A stretch of 39,529 nucleotides of DNA. Source: a virus. Lineage: Duplodnaviria; Caudoviricetes. Positions 1 through 7,334 of the stretch are shown here, piece after piece (position 1 is the first letter of the stretch; every line of letters starts with the position of its first letter). The DNA lies in IMG/VR virus record IMGVR_UViG_3300005739_000034, positions 1-39,529 of that record. One strand, written 5' to 3'. A model generated the notes under the pieces. That model was given only the letters and a program-made list of their open reading frames with translations. It ran no database searches and was not told the DNA's origin. The translations under genes and the position numbers were made by a program.

Positions 1-3000
1 CGGAAATCTCCTGCACGGTGAACCGCGTTTGCATGAACTGGCGCAGGTTGTCCGCGCCCCACTCTGCGCGAAGCGTGTTGAACAATCCCAAGCCTTCATT
101 GATTGCGCCTGCCGCTTGCCCGATGCCAATGTCTGTCGGCATCACGCCATTCGCTTTGAAGGAACTGTAGACCTGTTCCGCGAGTTCAAAATTCTTTCCA
201 ACCTTTAGACCGTTGGAGGTGACTGCCATCGCCCATGTCATGGCAAAGCGGGCGTTTTCGTCTCGCTCGATTTCGGGATGGATCAATGCCATCACCGCTA
301 AAGCCTGCCGCGTTTTTACATCATACCACCCGATGGCGTTGGAGTTTTGACGCAATGCCAGCAAAGCATCGCGAAGACCAACGCGCACAAGGTAGGTTGT
401 CGCCTCTGGCGATTCCGCCACTTCCTTGCTGGGAATCGGAACCGTTACTCCTGCCTTTTTGAATTCATCCAGCAATGCCTGTTGCATTGCCTGCTTGAGA
501 TCACGCCCGCGCTGCCAACTTTGTCCCTGTGCAATGTTGAACAGGTTTTCCAGCAATGCTGCCTTGTCTACGGTGTCCGGTATTTCAACGCCGGTTTCGC
601 TGGCGGGTGCTGCCATCTGCTCCAGCATTTCGCTGGTCGGACGGATCGCCGCGGTTGCGTTGTCGAGAATCGTCGCAATCCTTCCAACCGGCACATTGAC
701 CGGCGTCGGTTCGACTGCTTGCACCTCTGTCAGCGGGTAACCGTATTTAATGCCGTCTGGCTTTATGTCGAAGGTTGAATTGGGTTCCACGCGGTGCTGA
801 TCGTAGTCGGCGCGAAATTCATCTACGGTGTTGTAGACCTTCGGCTCGCCAACGACGGCATAGCCAACGATGGACGGTGTGCCGCCCTTGCCGGTGCTGA
901 CCAGCGCAACGCGCCTGCCGATGTATGGTGACAATGTGGGAGCGTCCCGCGTTTCAATGGTCTTTTCGCCGCGGAGGATTTGCCCAGTAAAATCCTGTTC
1001 GCTGTCGTTGATATTGATTCCGCGGGTGCGTGTATCGTCGGCGCGGATCGCAGCGGTTGTTTCTGTGTCCAATATTTCCGTTTGAGCCTGCCGCGTCTGC
1101 GAGTCGATGACCGTGTCAATGGAAATACCCAAAGACTCTGCAAAAAACTGTTCCAACCGTGCGTCGATTTGCCCGCTTTGCAGACCCGCCTGCAATTTGA
1201 CTGCCCGCGCCATGATGTGTTGGAGGTAGACCAGCAACCGTTGGAAAAACTGGGCGAGGCGTTGCGGGATAGAAGCGCGGTCGATGTTTCCGTTGAAGTA
1301 TGCGACACCCAGCGTGGACATCGCTTCGGTGAGGTTGGATGTCTGGTCCGCCTCGTTGAGCGCGTCGAAATTGTCTGCCAGTAGATTCTCGCCGGACGCC
1401 TGCTCATATTGGCGCACCCACTCGACGGTCTGTGCCTTGCTGAAAAGGTTCTGGTTCCATGCCCGCTTGAGGTCGCCTTCGATGGTTTCCTCGATCACCA
1501 CATTGACCATGTCGGGATCGTCGGAGCGGACGATGCGCGACACATCGCGGAAAATGCCGTCGCGCAGTTCCCCGATATTCAAGCCCACGGTCCGGATTTG
1601 GTCCGGTTGCAGACTCACGCCCATTTCCTTTTCCAGAGCGTCGAGACGGAGCTTGAGTTGTTCCGGCGTCATGTTCGCCGCGGCGTCGAGCGTCCCTTCG
1701 TCCACCAGTTCGATGACGCTCTGGTCGGAAATCCCGCGTTCCTCTTTCACCTTCCGGAGCGCGGTAACCATCATGTTCAACGCTTCCCAGTTCGCCTGCT
1801 CCTGCGACACCAAGAGTTGCTGGAGTTCGTAGCCTGCCGCCTCCCCGTCTGTGGTTCTCGCAACTTCCTCCCCGTTCCATTTGCGGACCACATAGTCCTC
1901 GCCCTGCTTTTCGATGCTGGGCATCGCGATGGCCGAATCCAGTTGTCCGGCCTGCACCATATCTTCGATGAGCTTGCTGTTGGCCGCGTTGACCGCGGCG
2001 GGATCGCGATTGGCGAATTCCTCGCGGAACGCCTCCTGCGCGGCCTCCGGATCGCGCTGCGATGCCACCCGATCCGCGGCCTCCGCGGAAAACCCCATGC
2101 GCTCCATGATGGCTTTGTCGTAAAGGTAGCGTTCCCCGAATTTGACCTCGTTGTAGCCGATGGCCCCAAGGCCGATTAGCGACAGCGGCAAGGTTGCCAC
2201 GGCATTGACGGCCACCTCGCGGGGAAGGTTCTGAACCTTGGCTTTCCAGTCGGGGTCTTTGATGTCCTCATCCAGCGCGGCAAAGACTGTCTGCACAACC
2301 GGCGTGACGGCATTTTCGATGAGTTCTTGAATGTTCTGCTCGGTGTAACCGGCAGCACCCATGATCATGGTTCGGGTCAACCATTTTTGCTCCGGTTTGA
2401 TCAGTCGCTTGAAAAGTCCGGAAGTAAACGGCAACGCTTTTCCAAACGCGGCAAGGAACTGGATGCGCTCGGTGAAAGCGCGAATCGGCGCGGCGATTGC
2501 CGACATTTGCATGGCTTTTTGCGGGTCCATGTTTGGGTCTTCCAGCATGAATTCCTCGTATTGCTGGGAGTAAAGCGCGAGCGCGGTTGCCGGTAGGCCG
2601 ACATACGGAATTGCCGCCATTGCGCTGTAAGACACACTTGATGCCGCTCCATACAGTCCTTCCTCGGCCCAGTTCGGCAGGAAGGTGGATGTGTAGGTGA
2701 TGGGGTCAATTTTGGTTTCCGCCAGATTGCGAAGTTCTCGCTCAACTTTGATCCGGTTCAGTTGTTTTTTGATGTCCGCGATGCGTTGCTGTTTTTGTTC
2801 CTGCGTCGGGACCGTAAGGTTCATGCCGGTGTAGCCTTCGCTGACCGGAGCCACCATTGCTCCCGTTGTGGAATCCAACAGCACAGGTTCACCGTTTTCG
2901 ATCCGCTGCGATTCAATGCGGAGCGAGGTTTCCGCGGTCACTCCTTTGGTGGATTTGATTGTGCCGGTGGCCATGCGCCCCATCGTTTCGGCCATCTGGT

Positions 3001-3820
3001 AGAAGACACCCTTGTCGGCTTTGAAGAGGGTGGCGAAACTTCCGGCCATGTTGTAGACCGCTTGTCGCCGGTCGTCTGGCATTTCGGCAAATTTGTCGAT
3101 GGCTTCCTCGACGCGCTTGGGGTCAAAGTCGGGGGTGCTGACCATTGCCGGTGTTGGCGACAATCCGCCGACGATCATGGCGGGATCGATACCGCCAGAC
3201 TGCACATCCTCCGTCGCTTTTTGAATGATTCCGGTATCTGCGCCTAATCTCTCGAAAAGCCACCGTGCGTCCTCGATCACTTGCGGAGCAGCGGAGCGCA
3301 TGGACTGTGTGATTTCGTCGGAACGCTTGCGAATTTCCAGCGCGTCGTCCGGAGTGAGCAGATCGGCATACTGGGCCATCTCCTCTTCCAGCGGTTTTTT
3401 TGAATCGTTCTGCCGGTTGTAAAACAAGTCCTCGACGGTTCGCCGTGCGACATTTTCCAGCAGGGTCCGTCCCGCGGCGTTTCGCTGGTTGATGTTGTCG
3501 AACTTGGACCGGAAATGTTCAAACAGCGTCTCGTCGGAAACGGACGCCTTGCCCAGTTCGGCGCGGGCCAAGGCTTCCTTCTTGCTGTCGTAGACATCCG
3601 CGAATTCTTCGGGATCGGCTTTGTAGACCGACGACATGTAGGCGATGTTTGCCTGTCGTTTGAGATAGGAATCCGGAAACGCCGTCGTCTCCGCGGCAGC
3701 GCGGAGCGCGGGCCGGTCGGTAAATTCGGTGAAGTAATCTTGGTCGGTGAATAGCCGATTCCAATGGTCGTCCGGCAGTTCCTCTTCCTCTCGCCTTATC
3801 GGTCCTTCAAGTGGTGTCAT
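1..3820 (-). CDS. Giant internal virion/ejection (polyvalent) protein, N-terminal part (continues at 39529)
   Basis: Hand translation from ATG at 3820, which overlaps the upstream TGA: MTPLEGPIRREEEELPDDHWNRLF...NLRQFMQTRFTVQEIS, with no stop met before base 1. Contains an ASCH motif (ILRGEKTIETR) and the start of an HhH-glycosylase-like region (NAIGWYD...AVTSNG). Confidence 0.88.
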   Translation of the reverse strand, partial: MTPLEGPIRREEEELPDDHWNRLFTDQDYFTEFTDRPALRAAAETTAFPDSYLKRQANIAYMSSVYKADPEEFADVYDSKKEALARAELGKASVSDETLFEHFRSKFDNINQRNAAGRTLLENVARRTVEDLFYNRQNDSKKPLEEEMAQYADLLTPDDALEIRKRSDEITQSMRSAAPQVIEDARWLFERLGADTGIIQKATEDVQSGGIDPAMIVGGLSPTPAMVSTPDFDPKRVEEAIDKFAEMPDDRRQAVYNMAGSFATLFKADKGVFYQMAETMGRMATGTIKSTKGVTAETSLRIESQRIENGEPVLLDSTTGAMVAPVSEGYTGMNLTVPTQEQKQQRIADIKKQLNRIKVERELRNLAETKIDPITYTSTFLPNWAEEGLYGAASSVSYSAMAAIPYVGLPATALALYSQQYEEFMLEDPNMDPQKAMQMSAIAAPIRAFTERIQFLAAFGKALPFTSGLFKRLIKPEQKWLTRTMIMGAAGYTEQNIQELIENAVTPVVQTVFAALDEDIKDPDWKAKVQNLPREVAVNAVATLPLSLIGLGAIGYNEVKFGERYLYDKAIMERMGFSAEAADRVASQRDPEAAQEAFREEFANRDPAAVNAANSKLIEDMVQAGQLDSAIAMPSIEKQGEDYVVRKWNGEEVARTTDGEAAGYELQQLLVSQEQANWEALNMMVTALRKVKEERGISDQSVIELVDEGTLDAAANMTPEQLKLRLDALEKEMGVSLQPDQIRTVGLNIGELRDGIFRDVSRIVRSDDPDMVNVVIEETIEGDLKRAWNQNLFSKAQTVEWVRQYEQASGENLLADNFDALNEADQTSNLTEAMSTLGVAYFNGNIDRASIPQRLAQFFQRLLVYLQHIMARAVKLQAGLQSGQIDARLEQFFAESLGISIDTVIDSQTRQAQTEILDTETTAAIRADDTRTRGININDSEQDFTGQILRGEKTIETRDAPTLSPYIGRRVALVSTGKGGTPSIVGYAVVGEPKVYNTVDEFRADYDQHRVEPNSTFDIKPDGIKYGYPLTEVQAVEPTPVNVPVGRIATILDNATAAIRPTSEMLEQMAAPASETGVEIPDTVDKAALLENLFNIAQGQSWQRGRDLKQAMQQALLDEFKKAGVTVPIPSKEVAESPEATTYLVRVGLRDALLALRQNSNAIGWYDVKTRQALAVMALIHPEIERDENARFAMTWAMAVTSNGLKVGKNFELAEQVYSSFKANGVMPTDIGIGQAAGAINEGLGLFNTLRAEWGADNLRQFMQTRFTVQEIS

Positions 3821-5886
3821 GTGAGTCCAAGTTTCCGCGCATTGCGATTCATGCGTTCCTCTGCCCAGCGCAGGAGGTCGGCATTCGTCTGGATTTCAGC
3901 AAGGAACGGGTTGGCCTTGATGACCGTGTTGGCCCAGCCCTTTTTGACCGTGTTGAGTGTGTCGCGGAAATCGGCGTCGGGGTTTTGCAGAATTTTTGGA
4001 CCGATCCCGATGCCTTGAAAATAGACCACATAAGTTTCCGCGGGGGTCGGTTCGCGTCCCAATGCCTTGCGGGCCACCTCTTGGTTTTCGCGCACCTTGG
4101 CCAGTCCTTGCGCGATGCCGTTTCCGCCATACCGTTTGCGGTCGCCGTCGAGGAACTGGAAAACCCCGCGGGCCGATGAGGTCGAGGATTTGGTGTTCGG
4201 GTTGAATCCGGACTCCATGTAAGCAATGAGAGTCGCCAGTTTCGGGTCTGTGCCGGTGCGCTGGGCCTCGGTCGTGATCTGGCGGGCCACATCTCCTTGC
4301 ACCTTGGGAAGTGTGGCATACATGCCTTCTTGCCTCTGCATTGCGCTGGAAAACCATGTGGACGGAGAAAACAGGTTCCACTCTTTCTTTTTGAAAAACT
4401 CGCCAGCGGCCCCTTTGGTCTTTCCGTTGGCCGATTCCAAAAACAACCGGCGGGCCTCGGTGGGATCGATGTTCGGATTCTTTTTCAGAATCTCCATGAC
4501 CTCCTTCCGCATCTCCGCGGCCTTGCTTTCCACCTCGTTGTATTTCGTCCAGTTTTTCGGTTTGCCGTTTTCGTCGGTTCCACCGTCGTCTCCCAGAACG
4601 CCCCATTTGCGAAGGTTGCCGGTGAGTGAAAGAAGGTCGCTTTGAATATCGTTCTGGACGCTGCGGCCTTTGGATCGGATGTCCGAAAGCGTGTCGAAGA
4701 AAATCTGCCATTCGCCGGTCGGCATTTTGGTTTTCACGGTCTGGCGCAGTTGCCGGTATTTTTCTTCGTCGAGATCGGTGGTCGGATCGTAAGCGGAAAT
4801 CTCCCCGTAGAGTTCGCGCTGGGCTTGCAGGAATTTCGCCTGTCCCTCCGGAGTCGCGGCATATGCCGCTCCGCGGGTCGAAAGCAATTGTTGCGTGTCG
4901 CGTTCGGACAAGCGGGCCATTTGGGCAATCGACCGAATTTTTTCCGGATCGGCATTGATTGGATCGCGCAGGATTTCGCTGTCGATGGCTTCGACGGCTT
5001 CGCGTTGGATCGTCGTCACGCGGGCGTTTGCGGCTTGCAGGGCTTGCGCCAGTTGCGTCGGTTGCAGGTTTTCAAACATGGAACTTTTCCCGCCCGCCGC
5101 GGCTTGCGCGAAATGGTTTTTTGCTTCAAACGGGTCGCTGTTGATGAAGTTTTGGATGGTCTGCGCCTGCATCCGCTTTTCGCGTTCCAGTTGGTTTTGC
5201 TCGTATTCGCCCTGTGTGGACAAACCCAAGTGCATCCGCTTGGCGTCGATTGCCGCCGCGCCTTCCCAATTCCCCATGAATTCCAGCTTGTCGCGCTGCG
5301 CGACGAGGGAAGCGTCCGTCTCGTCCATCTGCGCTTTGTCGGCGCGGAGCCTTGTATTAACGGTGTGTTGGGTCAGTTTCCCGTCCACCAGCACTTGCAT
5401 CTTGGCTTTGCCGGTGTTGGAAATCGGCATTCCTCCAATTTCTTTGACGAGGCGAGGAACCACATTTTCATTCCATTCCTTCATCCAAGTTCCAGCAGGC
5501 TTGTCGGACATGCTGTCCGCAAATTCGGCATACCGGCTATCGATGAGATTTTCAGCCTTGGACAGAGTCCCTTCGTCACGGACCTTTTGCATGTTCAGCG
5601 CGTAATCGCCCAGCATGCCTGCCACTTTGATGCCGGTTTGCCCAAGGTTGGCAACGGCCCGCGAGGCATAATCCACAAATTCTTCCTGCCGGTAGAACGG
5701 TTCTGGAATCGGAGCGGCCAGCAATTCCGCGGCGGAACCGATCATCTGCGATGCGCGTCCAAAGTTTGGCGCGGACACGGTTGGCGTTCCGTAACCGCCC
5801 GCGGAGGGAATTCCCATTGCGGGAATGTCCGGTGCATTTGGAACAAAATCGGGAGCGTTTGGGACTTGGGTGATCGGGATGGCCAT
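3817..5886 (-). CDS. Internal virion protein with C-terminal lytic transglycosylase (SLT-like) domain
   Basis: C-terminal IAYMESGFNP...SARGVFQF lysozyme-like motif after a long helical body; lies in the ejection-protein block. Confidence 0.8.
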   Translation of the reverse strand: MAIPITQVPNAPDFVPNAPDIPAMGIPSAGGYGTPTVSAPNFGRASQMIGSAAELLAAPIPEPFYRQEEFVDYASRAVANLGQTGIKVAGMLGDYALNMQKVRDEGTLSKAENLIDSRYAEFADSMSDKPAGTWMKEWNENVVPRLVKEIGGMPISNTGKAKMQVLVDGKLTQHTVNTRLRADKAQMDETDASLVAQRDKLEFMGNWEGAAAIDAKRMHLGLSTQGEYEQNQLEREKRMQAQTIQNFINSDPFEAKNHFAQAAAGGKSSMFENLQPTQLAQALQAANARVTTIQREAVEAIDSEILRDPINADPEKIRSIAQMARLSERDTQQLLSTRGAAYAATPEGQAKFLQAQRELYGEISAYDPTTDLDEEKYRQLRQTVKTKMPTGEWQIFFDTLSDIRSKGRSVQNDIQSDLLSLTGNLRKWGVLGDDGGTDENGKPKNWTKYNEVESKAAEMRKEVMEILKKNPNIDPTEARRLFLESANGKTKGAAGEFFKKKEWNLFSPSTWFSSAMQRQEGMYATLPKVQGDVARQITTEAQRTGTDPKLATLIAYMESGFNPNTKSSTSSARGVFQFLDGDRKRYGGNGIAQGLAKVRENQEVARKALGREPTPAETYVVYFQGIGIGPKILQNPDADFRDTLNTVKKGWANTVIKANPFLAEIQTNADLLRWAEERMNRNARKLGLT

Positions 5887-6893
5887 TAACCGTAGATGTT
5901 GTAGATGTTCGTCGTTCCGGACGGCTTGCTGCCGCTGTAAGTCGCCCCCATGTATGCCGCGCTGGACAATCCAGAAAATCCGCTGCCAACCGCATTGATG
6001 TAAGCGGCATTGGATTCATTGCGGCCCTGCATGAGAATCCCCTGCACCCGCGATCCCTCGTAGTTGGCCCGTTGCATGTTCAAGGCAAGTTCCTGCCCGA
6101 TCAGTCCGCGCTGCGCGGAAATCGCGCTGCCTTGATAGAGGGCCGCGGCCCGCTCGTAATTGGCAACTTGGTAATCCAGCGCGAACATCTGCTGTTCGGT
6201 GCGGGACTTGAGGGCCATCACCTCGGCATCCATTTCTTCAAATTGCGTCCCCCAGAGCATGACACGGGACCGGTAGTCCTTGATTCGGGCCTCCTGCTGT
6301 TTGGCCATGACCTGCAAACCGGCCTCGTATTGCATGTCCGAAATGGCCAGTTCCATGACAGATGCGGCCTGCCCTTGAATGAAAAGCGGACTTCCTTCGG
6401 TGACAATGTCAGCGCGGGTTCGTTTGGCGCGAAGCGCGGCGATTTGCTTGTCGTTCAATTCACGCTGGCGGCGAATCCGTTCGCGGGCCTGCGCCTCGAT
6501 CAATGATGCTTCGCGCTCGCTGTTTTGCGCGTTGCGTTGCTCGGCCAAGGCGTTGTTTTGAATCGCCATGATCTTCGCCTGCGATGCCCGCTGGTTGAGC
6601 AAGGACATCTGGCGAGAGTTGAAAGCGTTTGTGGACGCGGCTTGCATTGCCGCCTGCGCCTGCTGCTGCGCCAGTTGATTCTGGCGAGCCATGACCTCGT
6701 TTTGGATCATGGCATTGTTGTAAGCAATCTGCGCGGCTTGGGCCTGTATCTGGGCGTTCCGCTGCTGCATCTGTGCGTTGTAGTTCGCCATCTGCTGCGC
6801 GGCCTGTGCTTGCTGGGCTTGCCCGTAAACGGCAACTCCGGTTGACAACAGCGTGGTGGTAATTGCTAACGCAACAAGTGCTTCAGTTCCCAT
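5886..6893 (-). CDS. Internal virion protein (T7 gp14-like position)
   Basis: Hydrophobic N-terminus and Q/A-rich coiled coil; sits between the gp13-like gene and the larger core proteins. Confidence 0.65.
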   Translation of the reverse strand: MGTEALVALAITTTLLSTGVAVYGQAQQAQAAQQMANYNAQMQQRNAQIQAQAAQIAYNNAMIQNEVMARQNQLAQQQAQAAMQAASTNAFNSRQMSLLNQRASQAKIMAIQNNALAEQRNAQNSEREASLIEAQARERIRRQRELNDKQIAALRAKRTRADIVTEGSPLFIQGQAASVMELAISDMQYEAGLQVMAKQQEARIKDYRSRVMLWGTQFEEMDAEVMALKSRTEQQMFALDYQVANYERAAALYQGSAISAQRGLIGQELALNMQRANYEGSRVQGILMQGRNESNAAYINAVGSGFSGLSSAAYMGATYSGSKPSGTTNIYNIYG

Positions 6894-7317
6894 TGATGAC
6901 CTCCTTTTTCAAACCTGTCGGCGCGAACATCGTGACCATGCCTTCCATGTCCTGTTTAAATCCGCGGGATTTTAAAAATCGGGCAATGGGTGGTGGCGTG
7001 GTGACCCGCATCAGACCGTAGTTGTTTGCCGCGGCGGCTTTCTTCATAAATTCCAAAAGATGCGTCAAAGCGGTCAGCGACATCTTCACCGGCAATTTGG
7101 GTTTTGTGACCGGAAACTCGGCCCAGCAAACGCCAACGCTGTTGTCCATGTAAAGGAACAGCATGGCAATGTCCTCACCGTCCGCTTGGCAGACCGCGCC
7201 AAGCGAAGGCAGCATTTCCCGCGGAGGCGGCGGTTTGCCGTGTTCCCATGACCACTCGTCCAAAAGATCGTAGTCCTTGATGTGGTCGTAAAAGCGAAGT
7301 TGGAAGGTTGCGGCCAT
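6883..7317 (-). CDS. Putative acetyltransferase-fold protein (T7 gp13-like position)
   Basis: 144 aa with a GNAT-like C-terminus (IARFLKSRGF); directly follows the nozzle gene. Confidence 0.55.
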   Translation of the reverse strand: MAATFQLRFYDHIKDYDLLDEWSWEHGKPPPPREMLPSLGAVCQADGEDIAMLFLYMDNSVGVCWAEFPVTKPKLPVKMSLTALTHLLEFMKKAAAANNYGLMRVTTPPPIARFLKSRGFKQDMEGMVTMFAPTGLKKEVINGN

Positions 7318-7334
7318 TGGGGTTTAGTCAAAAA

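Noticed and set aside
823-3764. Short minus-strand track ORFs in the first 3.8 kb
   Set aside because: Off-frame, R/P/S-rich fragments inside the continuous giant ORF, which the track missed because it has no stop in the window.
4642-5889. 415-aa plus-strand ORF, and similar long plus ORFs (1409-2179, 14430-15491, 23506-24435, 35016-36086)
   Set aside because: Antisense shadows of well-supported minus-strand genes in GC-rich DNA; no recognisable motifs.
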